DNA of 64,000 nucleotides, taken from the NCBI GenBank assembly GCA_965112155.1, contig OZ218111.1, one strand, 5' to 3'. The notes beneath the pieces were generated by a model. That model searched no databases and had not been told where the DNA came from. It saw only the letters and a program-made list of their open reading frames with translations. The stretch's first letter is position 1. Each line of letters begins with the position of its first letter. Made by a program: the position numbers and the translations under genes. Of this stretch, positions 11,091 to 23,959 are shown in pieces. The DNA is from Podarcis liolepis. Taxonomy: Eukaryota.

Positions 11091-11216
11091 ACCCCTGACA
11101 GATGGCCATTCAACATCTGTTTATAAGCCTCCAGTGAAGGAGAGTCCAGCACCTTCCAAGATAGCCCATATCCCTGTCAAATAGTTCTTACCATCAGAAA
11201 GTTATTCCTAGCGACT

Positions 11217-11359
11217 GCTAGGATAGCTCAGTTGGTAGAGCATGAGACTATTCATCTCAGGATTGTGGGTTCAAGCGCCACATTGGGCAAAAGATTGTTG
11301 CATTGCAGGGGATTGGACTAGATGACCCTCGTGGTGCCTTCAAACTCTACAATTCTATG
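11217..11359 (+). mobile_element. tRNA-Lys-derived SINE with CR1 tail
   Basis: Head follows tRNA-Lys(CTT) (TAGCTCAGTTGGTAGAGCATGAGACT..ATCTCAGG..GTGGGTTCAAG) with a mutated anticodon; tail ggactagatgacc..aactctacaattctatg. Reverse copy ~45457-45582. Confidence 0.8.
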
Positions 11360-11416
11360 TTTAGTTGGAATCTTCTTGTAATCTGAATCCATTGGTATAG
11401 ATTCTACCATCTAGAG

Positions 11417-11553
11417 CAGGCTTCCTCAAACTCGGCCCTCCAGATGATTTTTGGCCTACAACTCCCATGATCCTTAGCTAGCAGGACCAGTGGTCAGGGA
11501 TGATGGGGATTGTAGTCTCAAAACATCTGGAGGGCCGGGTTTGAGGAAGCCTG
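11417..11553. mobile_element. Palindromic hAT (Charlie-like) MITE
   Basis: TIR CAGGCTTCCTCAAAC; TSD ATCTAGAG/GTCTAGAG. Confidence 0.85.
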
Positions 11554-13771
11554 GTCTAGAGCAGCAGAAAACAAACTTGTTCCATCTTCATTTGACACCT
11601 CTTCAGATATTTAAAGGTGTCTGTTTCCTCTCAAGTCTTCTCTTCAGGCTAAACATACCCAGCTCCTTCAACTATTTCTCATAAGGCTTGGTTTCCATCA
11701 TGGTCGTCCTCCTCTGCAAATGTTTCAGCTTGTCATTAAAACTGGAATGCCAGGTTTTAACCTCTAAAAGAGTTGTAGGGTATTTCAGGTGAAGGAAGCT
11801 GGACAGTTTGGTTTTTTTTGGTAAATGCCCAGTTGTGCTTTAAATGTGCAAATGTCTAGATGGCTGTAGAGTTGTCCTCCAGCTGACATTTATGCAGGGA
11901 ATCCCAATCCCTTGGTGACGGCCTATCAGAATGCATTAGCACCTGGAAGAACAGGAGTGACAGAGCCCAATGGCAAGCTTCACAAAAAGCCAGCTAAAAA
12001 GGGTAGGGAAAAATAAAGACATGTTGGAGAGCTGCTCAGAGTTAACCTCCAAAATTGCAGGGTTTGGAAAAGCTGTTCTTACGCCTGCACGAATCTCACC
12101 ACCACCACCGCTAAGTAGAATTAATTGTTTGCAAGCTGACATGTCTGGGTGCAGAAGCTGAGAATGGAGGAAGTCTAGACAATTGGAAAGAAGAGTTGGG
12201 CATGGTAGGAAATGAAAAATCAGAAGGCAGTGGTTCAGAGAACATCTCCCGTAGGACTCCTGTCTTTCTGTTGGTTCCCTGGGAATGCCTGGAGGGCTGT
12301 CACTGCCTCTTTTGTTTTGACTGCTGCTGCTGTCACCTACTGATGGTGAGAGGAAGCAGGGAGAGGGATTGGGGAGGGGGAGAGGGAGAGGCAATGCATG
12401 TGTGCGTAAATGTGGGGAGGGGGATGGAAAGGAAGGGCAAAACAAGGAGAACATTTATTCTCTTGAATCATCTCTCCCTCTTGTATACCCAACAGAGCAC
12501 TGCGCTCTGCAGGTGAGGCCCTCCTCCAGATACCACCTTATCTGGACATCGTACAATGCAGGAATCAGGCCTTTAGCATGGCACCTACGCTTTGTAACTC
12601 CCTCTCTTTACATATCAGATAGGCACTGTCTCACTTGTCTCATTTGGCACCCGTTTCCTCTTCCAAAGAAGCCACTTAAAGGGAGATTGTAATCCCAATC
12701 TTTATTTGTGTTGGACTTGAAATTGTTTGAACACAACGCTTTTATTGTCTTGATGTTTTTACTGTTAAGTGGCTTTGGACTGTTTTAAGGGAAGTGATTC
12801 ATGATTAAATAGTTGCATAGGAAGCTGCCTTATTGTTCATCTAGCCGAGTATTAGCAATTCTGACTGGCCGTGGCTCTTCAGGTCTCAGAAAAAGGGCGT
12901 CTTCCCCATCTCCTGCTTCCTGACGCTTTTAAAGAATTTGAGTCTGGGAACCTCTGTCTGCAAAGCACATACTCTACCACTGAGCCTGGTGTGGGGAATC
13001 TCTAACCCTCCAGATACTGCAGAACTACAACACTCACCATCCCTGACCATTGCTTGTACTGGCTGGGGCTGTTGGGAATTGTTGTTCGGCAGCAATTTGG
13101 AGGGCCAAATGGTCCTCACGCCTGCGCTAAGCTGTTACTAGTTCTGGCCTGTGCCTCTCTGCCTCCTGCACCTTCCTCACTTATTTGCATTGATATATTT
13201 ATATAGACAATCCTGTACTTTGCAGAAGGTATGCTTACTGAGATGCAGCCTTTGCTGTCTTGCTCAGGCCATAAGGCATGTGCCATCTTCTAGCATGAGT
13301 GCCCAGTACATTTTTTTAAAAAAAATACTTATAGATTCTACATTTCATAAGAATACAGCAAAATAGTAGACACCATACGAAATTGCAGTAAGATCAATAA
13401 AAATGAGTGGGAAGAGGATAGAAAAATAAACATTTCAGAGGCCTGTCTGTGTTAAGAGTTTTCAGGAAACATCTGAAAGGAGGCACGGGGGGGGGGGATT
13501 CCTGTCAATCCTCTGGAGGCAGGGAGTTCCATAGGGCAGGGCCTGCCACACTAAGGGCTTGGTCCCTAGTAAAGGCTGACTGAACCTCAGGGAATGTGAG
13601 GAACCACCATCATACAATCTTAGTGGTTGAGTTGGAGCACTGTGAACATGTACCTCTGCATCACACTGTTCTCCTGTTTTCCTTCTTTGGCTATAACCTG
13701 CATTTGGTTGGCTAATAAACTTGATTTAGGTCCTTTGGGGCACTAATCCACACTTGTGCCTTGCATTTCAG

Positions 13772-14083
13772 GATGTCCATTTTGGCCAGTGGACCACAGC
13801 AACCTTTGAAAATTCAGAGCAAAAAACCAAGTTCCTCCGGCTGATGGGTGGATTTAAGAAGGGTCCTGTACCAGTCCAAGGTCCTCCAGCACATGCCTCC
13901 AAGCTGAACATGGCTTTGGACAAGAGCAAAGAGCAGAAACTGCAACAGAAGCTACAGACTGAATTTGAGAAGGCGTTAGCTTGGAAGCACCACAGAGGCA
14001 TCGGCCTTGGATTTCAGCCTCCCATTCAGAAGCAGGTGCACATAGATAAATTTGTATCAAGATCGATAAAATTTGAAGACTGA
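13772..14083 (+). CDS. KNOP1: KNOP1 last coding exon, SMAP (small acidic protein-like) domain
   Basis: FGQWTTATFENSEQKTKFLRLMGGFK...GIGLGF...SIKFED*; acceptor catttcag. Confidence 0.95.
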   Translation, partial: DVHFGQWTTATFENSEQKTKFLRLMGGFKKGPVPVQGPPAHASKLNMALDKSKEQKLQQKLQTEFEKALAWKHHRGIGLGFQPPIQKQVHIDKFVSRSIKFED

Positions 14084-14488
14084 ACTATCAGGGAGGCTAT
14101 CCTAAATCATGTTTGGTTTCCTTAACAGTGTTTCTTCTGGGGGAGGGGTCAGGGGGAGAACAACTATTTTTGGAATGACTAAGAATGCCAGCAGGCATCA
14201 GATTTCTAAAAAAATGTTGGTGGCTAAATGACCTCTCAACAAAATCGTTGGATTCGCTCGTGTTCCAGACAGGTAAAAAAATCTCTTGATATCTTTATCC
14301 CATAACTTTTGGCAGCTGGTGTTTGTAAATGTCCAACTTCATTTTTGAAATGTTCATTAGACTAGTTGTTGAAGGAGGAATGGACATGAAGTTATTGGTA
14401 ATTTAATGGATTGTCTGTTCACCCTGGCACCCTTTGCTTCCAAGCTTACTTTTCAGTAGCCCGGAGCACTGGGATTAGACCTACAGTA

Positions 14489-14702
14489 CAGTGGTACCTC
14501 GGGTTAAGTTAATTCGTTCCTGAGGTCCGTTCTTAACCTGAAACTGTTCTTAACCTGAAGCACCACGTTAGCTAATGGGGCCTCCTGCTGCCGCCGGAAC
14601 AAGATTTCTTTCTCATCCTGAAGCAAAGTTCTTAACCTGAGGTACTATTTCTGGGTTAGCGGAGTCTGTAACCTGAAACGTATGTAACCAGAGGTACCAC
14701 TG
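14489..14702. mobile_element. Tc1/mariner-type MITE downstream of KNOP1 stop
   Basis: CAGTGGTACCTC TIRs, TA TSD. Confidence 0.85.
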
Positions 14703-15077
14703 TAGTGACAGAATGCCCACAGCTAAAGAGTTCAGGAGAGACATGGGTCTGAACAGGCTGAAGCAGCAGAAGCTGGGTTAACTATGTCTTACCATGCTCC
14801 CAAAAAGCTGAACAAAAGATGTCCAGAAATGAAATGTCGACTGCTGCCTTTTGATTGACACATCTGTTGCCCGATAGTCAGGAGAACACGCAAAGTACAA
14901 TTTAAATAAGCAGTGCACTTGAAACCCTGCGTCATCTGACTTGGTCAGTCTTCAAGAGACTTTATGAAAAGCCATGCATAAAATGATTTGTGCAGCAGTG
15001 TCACATTCAGGTTTCACAGAGCGTTTGGGATACTTCCAGCATCCAGGGTTTCCATGTCTAAGTCGGTTATTTTTTAA

Positions 15078-15089
15078 AATAAAAATAAA
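15078..15089 (+). terminator. Candidate KNOP1 polyadenylation signals (tandem AATAAA)
   Basis: First AATAAA hexamers I found after the KNOP1 stop; no transcript evidence. Confidence 0.35.
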
Positions 15090-18000
15090 AATCCACAACC
15101 AATAGTTGGCATGAGATGTCTCAAAATATGATCCACCCCTTTTTGGAATAATCACAGAACTTTTCCGTCGTAGTTGCTTTCTAGGTACAGTCAGGAGTTC
15201 CCAAACTGCTCTGTGGGCCATCAGTGGTCTGCAAAGCTTCAGGTGATCCGTGGCATGTCTGTGGGTTTGTGGTTGAAGGCGGCACATCCATCACAGTAAA
15301 TATTCATAGTGACTTTTAATTGCATTTTATTGCTGCTTTTGTTTCTTATGTTATTCATTGTATTAGTTTCACCTGATGTTCACCTGCTGTTAAGCTGAAA
15401 TGACCGGGTGGTGGAGGTAGGTGAAATAGCTAGGAGTAGCTTTAGGTCTGGGAACTGTTTAATCCCTTCCTTGTCAGCAGTAATCCCACTCTCCCATCCA
15501 TCTACTGTTTTATCTGTAGGGAGAAAGATACAGGGAACTTGCATCTTTTTCTCTTCCGAGTGGACAGGGCAAGGAGAGTTAAAACAGGCCCTTCTTTTGT
15601 AAGCTTGTTCTCGGTTCAAGCTGAAGCCATGCCAGAGCTGCACTGCATCTTTTCCCCCTGAAAAGAATTAGCTGGGGAAAACAGCCATGGCTCTTAACTG
15701 TATCATGAGTTGAAGTCACAATGAACAGGAAACTCATGACATTACTGTATGTTACAAATCGAGATCACAAGACGGTCCTGTTCCCGCCTGCACTGTATAA
15801 TCCCTGCATGGTAGGAAGAGTTCCAATACGCGAGTTGCTTGTTTACATGTGACACCTTCTGATAACGCCTCTCGCTTTTCTGAATGGAGGGGGGAGTGTG
15901 CATAGAAACTAGCCTACTGTGCAAAAGTGAAATTTGCATTAGTCACTCTGCCTACTTTTCCTCTGATCCCGCCCACCGCCAGCATGCCGTTTCTGGGTTG
16001 CCCCAAAGGGGCTGTGGCTGGACCACAGCAACACTCCTCACTCCTGCCCATTGGCTAAGCTGGGCTGTCAGAAGTTAAGAGTCCAACAACATCTGGAGTG
16101 TCCAGAATCCTCACAAGCATAAAGCCGCACTCAAGAAAACAAAGCAGTTCTAATTAAGTGGTGATTGGCAGTTTTGATGAGTTGATGCTAGTATGCTGAG
16201 GGTTGCAGAAAGATTGACAGTATGAGCGACGGTCGGGCACTGGCAAGTCTCTACTGCCTCAGCCAGGGGGTCGATAGGATTTACCTATCCTTCTATTGGC
16301 TTGCCAGCTGTTGAAGCTGCACCTGTCCCTGTCTCTTTAAGAGCAGTTTGGTCTGCAGGAAGCAGCAACTGATTCCCCCCCCTCTATATCTAGCAAAGCC
16401 TCAAGTTCCTGAACTCTGAATATCAAACCTTTCAAAGGCACAAGAGCAGACCTGCTCTTGCCTCCCTCCCCCCCTCCACCAAGCTGGCAACCTACCTCAT
16501 AGGTGGCCAGATATCTGCAATAGTTCCAAACCCCAATATTTAATAGATCTATATTCCCATTAGAGCTGCCATTTAAAAACAACAACTTTAGTCTAGAAGC
16601 CATGACGTCCCATGTTACTTGTTTGCATAAAACATTCTGCATTGGGTTTGCCCAACTGACTTGTGAGTTGGTTCATCTGCAAATATGCCAGATCACACCC
16701 ATCCCTTCCCCTCCACCTACTGCAATCTATTTTGTCCTCACATGGCAATGGTGATGCATCCAAATTGCATTCTGCCCAAAAGATGTTTGCTTGTTCTGCA
16801 AGCATAATAGCTTCCCCTCAGCTTTCTGCCCACAGCTTCCTTGGTGGCTCTATTACTAAGGCAGTAGAATTCTGCTTGGCAAAATGGCTCAGCAAGTCTC
16901 ATCACCCCCCTCCCTTTTATACACTATGCACTTACTAAGCCCCTAGCAACCACTCCCTTAACAGCAGCTGACTTTGATTTGTCCAGTTTTTGAACTCATT
17001 CCTAGTTTCCAGCATCCTTGTTCTCTGCCTCGTTTTCTTCTGTCCTCAGATGCATGGTGCTCCTTCCTACACGACTCATTGTATAAGCAAAGCTTGCAGA
17101 CAGACAGCTTAAACAACTTGTCCTTCATTATGTTTCTCTCCATGTTCCACTGAGCATGGGTGGGATTCCATTTGTTTAAACAGAATTACGAGCAAACCTC
17201 TATGGCTGATATTTCCAATGCAACACCAGCAACAAATACGTTTGCTCCTGCAAGGACATGCAATACCATGCAGTGACCTCGTGGCAGCAATGCCACCAAA
17301 GGGCACTGTGCACAGTGCTTTATTGTAGAAGAAACCTCTTACCATACAAGACCACCAAATCCCAACTTTTTTTCTTGAAAATGAAAAGGTCTGGCCAGCA
17401 GAGTTATCCTTAAGGACATTGCAGGGATACTCTAGTAATTGTGCCCCTTACCCTTTTAAAGCTCTTCACAATATTACTGCACCCTGTTTTGGCCCTGGCT
17501 TCTCACTGTCACCTCTGCTACCCCAGTTCCTGCACCCTCAGCTACACAAAGGCCACTTGCTGTTTAACACAGGCCTGATGTAGCAGCCAGATTCCCTGGT
17601 ACTGCAGAGCCAAACGGAGGCACACTGGACTCTGCCAATGGTCAGGGCGACCAAGGGTCACTGGGAGGCTGGAGCCTTTGCCTTCTGGGAAGAATATCAC
17701 AGCAAGTCAAGAGCAGCTGCAGGGACCTTGCTTCCTCCCTCAATGCCAGAAAGGACAACTCTGCTGCAACCTCCTGGTGTTCTTGAGCTATGAAACCACA
17801 CTGGCTTGTGCCATGAGCCATAGAATTAAAGGCTGCCAAGCCATGGCTACATTCTACCTCCACTGCTGGAGCTTGTATGCCTCAGAATACTGGTTGCTGG
17901 GGAGAGCAATGTCCTGATTGGGGGTTCCCATTGGCATTGGTTGGCCACTGTGAGAACAGGAAGCTGGACTAAATGAGCCTTTGGCTTAATCCCGCAGGCT

Positions 18001-19261
18001 CGTCTCATGACCTGGGTTTGCAGAGGTGAGCTTTCGTATTACAACAACTTGTGCTAAACCACCTAGAGAATCGTTTAGTTCAAGGGCTGGTTCAAAAACC
18101 TCTAAATAAACAATTATGCTCCCTTTCTGGCCCTGTATGTGAAACTTTCTCAAACAGAGGTGTGGTCTTTATATGAGCATTGCCTCTTTTCCTTCTCAGA
18201 TCCCTCCTCAAAACTCACCTTCTCTGCATGGCTTTCAGTGTACCTTATACGATCACATCTGTCCGCATTCATCTTTCCTGTGTTTCCCCAAATTGTCTAT
18301 TTGGAAAGAGCAAGCTCTTTGCAGGCAGGGACATTTCCATTTTTGCCTCTCTAAGGCATCATGTACATTGCTGGTGCTGAACTGAAAAAAGGTACACCCC
18401 ATCCATTTTAATACGCTGCTCGCCCATTCTCAAAGGGATGTGTTAACTAGTAATTTAAAGAATTTTTTTATAAAAAGCTCAAGCTGCTCACATGGGCTTA
18501 CAATCAAAAGGCAAATGAAGGCTGGGTTATGCAGCATAATAATAAGTGTGCCTAATGATTACAAAATAGCAGGCTAAGCACTGCTTGCAAAGTTCGGTAA
18601 TGGGAATGAATACAAATGTGATGTATCCATGATTAGATCTTTTTTTAAATACAGCGATGCATTTTGAGCTTAGCCACCAAAGCTTCCCGGACACATTTGC
18701 TTCCAAGTATTTCTCAAGGTCTACCACAAACACTCAAGAATCTCTCCATTTACATGATGCTTTAAAATAAAATAAAAAGGCCCAACAGCAAGGTGTTCTG
18801 AGAGGTATATTCAAGAGGAGCGCTGAGTAACAGCTCCCTGTTAATCAGATGTACAAGCCCATCTTTCAAAGGCTGCAGCACTCAAAAGACATTGCTCAAA
18901 CATGCTGGCACAAGTTATCTCTCCTCTTTTCTTTACAGCCCCATCAGATTTGGATAGAAAAGTTATTTCCAGTCTGAAATTGTAAGATACTGTTTCACCG
19001 ACCCCCGGTTAGCATTTAAATCACCTTTTAATGGTTAGTGGCTGTGCAGTGGGGAAATAAACCTCATTTCAAAAATGATGGCACTGTCAGGACACATTTT
19101 CCTTCTGTCTCTGACCAAATAAATCTGTCACGCACCAAGGGACTCTGCAAAATGGAAAAAAGATATTGAACTCCGATAATAGCCTAAGATGCAGCCTGGG
19201 GGGTTTATAGGCCTTAGAGAAGGACCCTCCAGTACATCCAAGTTCAGGAGGCTATGATTTG

Positions 19262-19360
19262 TCAGGTCCTTGACTGCAGAGGAAGTCTTGCAGCCAGATC
19301 GGTAAAATGGCTCAGCTCAGGGTGTTTGCTTTGCTTCTTGATGTATTCCAAGGTTTTGAC
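19262..19360 (-). CDS. VPS35L: VPS35L last coding exon ([32 protein letters not shown])
   Basis: Acceptor tatcttag, TGA at 19264-19262; C-terminus matches recalled human ...RLPLQTRT. Confidence 0.95.
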   Translation of the reverse strand, partial: VKTLEYIKKQSKHPELSHFTDLAARLPLQSRT

Positions 19361-19721
19361 CTAAGATAGAAAGAAGCGGGGGGGGGGGGGAATAAACAAT
19401 GAAAATCAAGTCCTCTCTCTACAGGTAATGTGTATCTGCTTCAGGATGGGTTTGAAACCACTGAACAATGTGGAAATTTGACAGTGCCCTAAGCAACATC
19501 TGTGGAAGTCCTCAAAAACCAACAAGGTGGCAGAGGCTTCCAGAGTTTGGTGATAAACTGTGATGTTGTAAAAAGCTGCATTGGCACCAGCTGGCAAGGT
19601 GATGGGTGAAACTGCTGCAGTTCTCATCATGGAAGCTGAGGTGCTTTTACCTCAGCACCTTGCAGCCTGTGGCCAATACAGCTGGCCCCAGCCTGCTGCT
19701 CATCTGGGGATGTGTGTAAAG

Positions 19722-19858
19722 CAGGTGTAGGCAAACTCAGCCCTCCAGATGTTTTGGGTCTACAACTCCCATCATCCCTAGCTAACAGGGCCAGTGGTCA
19801 GGGATGATGGGAGTTGTAGTCCCAAAAACATCTGGAGGGCTGAGTTTGCCTATGCCTG
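19722..19858. mobile_element. Palindromic hAT MITE
   Basis: Perfect 8-bp TSD GTGTAAAG; near-palindromic body. Confidence 0.88.
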
Positions 19859-21171
19859 GTGTAAAGGCTCCTGCCCCCAGCTGAGTGAGCCCCGAGTCCC
19901 CTTCCACTCACGTGTGACCACCAGGTGACTTGCGGCTCCTTGGCTAGGCTGCTGGGGGTGGAAAGCTCCTGCCCCCAGCAGAGGCAGCCCTAGTGTCCCT
20001 GCCACTCGCGCTTGAGCAGCAAGGACCTTGGGGCTCCTTGGCCAGGCTGCCTCCACCTTCACTGGTGTGGGGGGCAAGCAAGCTACCTTCCACTTTGGCC
20101 CCCCCACTTCCCAAAGACAGACCAGTAGCCAAGTGCACAGAGCCTGTTGGGCTTTGGATTTGACTGCCTTAAGCCTTCGCCCATGCAGGTGCACTGCCTC
20201 TTTCCTCTGGGGGCTGCCTTGCACCAGGAAGGTGGGCTCCATCTTTCTGGGAGGAAAGGCACAGCACACCCTCCCAGATGAAGGCAGGCAGGCGGTAGCC
20301 AAGCACGGCTGCAGACCCGATCCTGCTCCTACTCAAGTGCATGCAGGAGTGGGGTCTTGGCTCTCTCAGCAGAGAAGGGCAGGCTTTGCTCTTCCCAGCT
20401 GAGCAGCCCCGATCCCGCTCCTACTCTCATGCAAGCAGCAACAGGGTCAGGGCTCTCGCAGCTGGGTTAGGAGGAGCACTTTAATGGGACCCCCATCCTG
20501 CCACTGGCTCCTGCGAACTGATGGCAGTTGCCAATTCGGGCAGAGTGCGATTGCAGTTTCACCAGTGGTATATCGCCGGTGAATCCGCTGCCACTTGAGT
20601 CCCTCTGCCTCCAGCTCCTGACTAGTTTATTTCTTCCTCAACATGCTGGGCGGCAGAGGGACTCAAGAGCAATGATGCTGAGTGAAGTTATCATCGCAGT
20701 CTACCCTCACATACTGGTCCTGGGCGAGGTATATTGATATATCGCCCAGTGTTAGTTAGGAGCAGGGCTGAAATGCCCTGCAGAGCACCCTGACCCCTGA
20801 GCACAACCAAAATCAAAGGGCAGGCAATCGTGAAAGCTTGCTTAAGGTGTGTCTGTTATGTAAATCACAGAGAAAGAAGCTGCCTCATAATGACTTGAGA
20901 CTGCTGTGACCTGCAGCAGCTTACTGGCCCCAATTGCAGAAGGGGGTCTCTGTCTGTCTCTCTTGCTGAAACCAAGGCCCATTAACTGGAAGTAGCAGCG
21001 TTGAACCTGGAACATTTGCCATGAAAAATGCATAAGCTCTGCCACTGGGCTATGGGCCATCGGTCAATCTGAGTTACCTTGGGAGCACAGCTTCGATTTT
21101 GTAAAAATTAATTTTGGGCACTTAAAAGTGCATGGAACACACAGCCCTGGGTTTACAATGCCACAAAAATA

Positions 21172-21486
21172 CAGTGGTGCCTCGCAAGACGAAAAGAATC
21201 CGTTCTGTGATTCTCTTCGTCTAGCGGTTTTTTCGTCTCGCGAAGCAAGCCCATTGACGGATTAGCAGATTAGCGCTTTTAGCGGCTTATCGGATCAGCT
21301 GATAAGCGGCTTAGCGGCTTAGAAAAAAGGGGGGAGGGGAAAAACTCGCAGGAACTCGCAAGACATTTTCGTCTTGCGGAGCAAGCCCATAGGAGATTCG
21401 TTTTGCGAAGCACCTCCAAAACAGAAAACCCTTTCGTCTATCGAGTTTTCCGTCTTGCGAGGCATTCGTCTTGCGGGGCACCACTG
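21172..21486. mobile_element. Tc1/mariner-type MITE (long form of 1221-1318)
   Basis: TIR CAGTGGTGCC(T/C)CGCAAGACGAA, TA TSD, CpG-rich. Confidence 0.88.
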
Positions 21487-22319
21487 TACCCATTTTCCAG
21501 CTCTAATGTAGGCAGTTGCACTTCCTAGTGAACAGCACGGCTTATTCTGGGTAAATGCAGTTAGCAGCATTCTCCCTATATTTTCCTGATGGGCATAGAG
21601 TGAAATGGAACAGCCCAGCTATTCTTTTGGTTGCGCACTCAGTGGTGAGTCTGACTTTGGGGGAAGGAAAGAAGTTACAAAAGAAAATCATCAAGCCATG
21701 CAAAAGTTATTTAGCAATGATTTTCTGAATTAAGGTCCATCTAGTCCATCATCCTATGGCCAACCAGGTGCATCCTCAAAGGCAACAAGCAAGGCTTGAA
21801 GTCAATAGCCCTCCCCTGCTGTTGGCCCCTTGGCAGTTGGTACTGGAGTGGCACACGACCTCTGAAAATGGATAATTCCTATAGCAGCCATGACTAGTAG
21901 TGACTGAGGGATATATTATGTTACCCTATCAAGACATCCAGGTCTGTGAGCATCAACACATCTTTTGACAATGAATCACATGACTAATTATGTGTTGTGC
22001 ATCTTCTCCTATGTCTGTTTCAAATCTGCTGCCAGTCAAGTTCACTGGGTGACCCTGAGTTCCAGTTTTATGGGGAAAGTGAGGGAAAGGTTGACATGAG
22101 GTGTCTTCTTGCTATGCAGCTCTGCTTTTAAGTAGGGTGGCAAACTGGGTTTCAGGGTCCAGTGGAGTCAGGCATGAACCATTATTCCAATTAAAACAGG
22201 GAAGCTTGGATACCCTAATTCGAAAAGTTTAAATTATTAGACAATGTCGAAAGAGACAATTCTGCTAAACCAAGTCTTCTACAGACGGAAACAAAACAAA
22301 GCAAGCTGACCCTTTCCCT

Positions 22320-22472
22320 TCATTGCCATTTGGTCCCATTTTTCCTCTCTGTAGCTATTTATTTTCTAGCTGCCAACTTCTTGCATCTGATGAAGTGGAT
22401 TCCAGCCCATAAATATTGATGTTACAATAAATCTGTTAAGTCTTTTAAGATGCTGCAAAACTCTGTTGTTTG
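22320..22472 (+). mobile_element. Penelope-like terminal fragment (degenerate hammerhead)
   Basis: gcatCTGATGAagtgg..ccat, AATAAA, gttaagtcttttaagatgc. Confidence 0.6.
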
Positions 22473-22515
22473 AATACAAAGGTCACCCCCTGCCCAGCCT
22501 CAAAATCTGCCTTAC

Positions 22516-22662
22516 CGTGATTTTTGTGTCTGCATAGCCGTGCCTCTGAGCCAGGTTCCACAAGTTAACAGCGAGCTGGTTGAGTTTGTTGTTTCTCAGG
22601 TCTCCGTGGGCCAAGATGCTATTGAAGAGGTTGAGGGCCAGCTGGCTCTGCCGCTTTAAAGT
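22516..22662 (-). CDS. VPS35L: VPS35L penultimate exon ([49 protein letters not shown])
   Basis: GT-AG, 147 nt. Confidence 0.95.
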
Positions 22663-22787
22663 CTACAACATTTTAAAACACAGAATTCTTTTAGCAGACA
22701 GACATGTAGCTTGCAAGTTCATACACAGGGTTGGAAGGGAAAGGAGAGAATCAACTGATGGAATGTCAGGCTGCAGATGTTGCATTT

Positions 22788-22955
22788 CACTGTCATTTGG
22801 GACCATTTTTAGTTTTTTTAGCCTGCACCTATTGATTCATATCTACCTACTGACAATGCCACATCATGCATCTGATGAAGTGGACTCTAGTCCACAAATG
22901 TTTGTGCTATAATAAATCAGTATTAAAATTGACAAAAGACTTTTTCTTGTTTGAT
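22788..22955 (+). mobile_element. Penelope-like terminal fragment (degenerate hammerhead)
   Basis: gcatCTGATGAa-GTGGACTctAGTCCAC, then AATAAA. Confidence 0.65.
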
Positions 22956-23959
22956 TACAGACATTCAACCAACAAATGTCAAGCCTTTTGCCTTGTTTTG
23001 AGATCAACAGATGTAATGATGGAGATAATACTATTTTTTATTTTTATCATCCATATGTCATCTTTTGTTTCTAAAGGGAATTGCATTTCCCTTAGGCTGA
23101 AGCTGCAATGAAAGCACTTGACTGACAGGCACATTAACCTACGGCTGAGAAACCCCTTTTGTTCCCTTATCAGCACCTCCCTTCATGTCTTCTGCCTACT
23201 TTAAATTTTTAAATCCTCTTGGAAACAACAGTGTCATTCTGCAGTATTGCACGCAACACTGTTAGAACACATTACAAAACAGTAAAAACAAAGGCAGTGT
23301 CACATAAACACTGACTTGCACATGCAGACTGTCCCTAGTTCAATCCCATTCCAAAGAATCTCAAGTAGGAAAGCTGGAAGAGATCTCATCCAGACACGTA
23401 GAGAGCCATAGTAAGACAATGCTGAGCTAGATAAGCCAACGATCTAACCTCAGTAGAAGGGAGTTTCATATGCTCCTATATGTTTACCCTGAAGATGCTT
23501 CATAAAAGCACCACATCAGGAATTCTCTAAGGCAGCTGCCAAGCCCTAGAGGTGTTCCATAGCAATGCCAGCATTACCCCTGTGTAGTAGGCTGAATGCT
23601 CTTTTGATCATCCCCTTTGTCGGGATGCACTTTCTGTTCAACTTGGGAAGAGCAAGAGCCGCTTGCCCTCCCCTCCCCCCTTTTAGAGGCAGAGCTGCCA
23701 GCCATCGCCCCAAGGAATCAAATCAGCTGAAGAATAGTTGGAAGCTGCTGAGCCATTGTGGCTGACCTGCCACATTAATTAATGCATTTTATACTTCACC
23801 AGAGCCCTCTCTCAATTCACCCAGCCTTAACTGTTACCCGGTGTGAATTACTGCTGAAGCAAGCAAGGGAAAGAAATTAAAACGCTGCCTAAACGCTGCT
23901 ACCAGGACTATTCGCTCATGCGTGCATGCATACAACCCAGCAAGAAAGAGTTTATGTTG

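Larger units (their letters stand above)
11091..11740 (-). mobile_element. CR1 3' fragment interrupted by a SINE and a hAT MITE
   Basis: cctgacagatggcc..., cttctcttcaggctaaacatacccagctccttcaac. Confidence 0.7.

Noticed and set aside
11217-11290. tRNA-Lys gene
   Set aside because: Anticodon loop and stems are mutated and it runs into a CR1-type tail; it is a SINE head.
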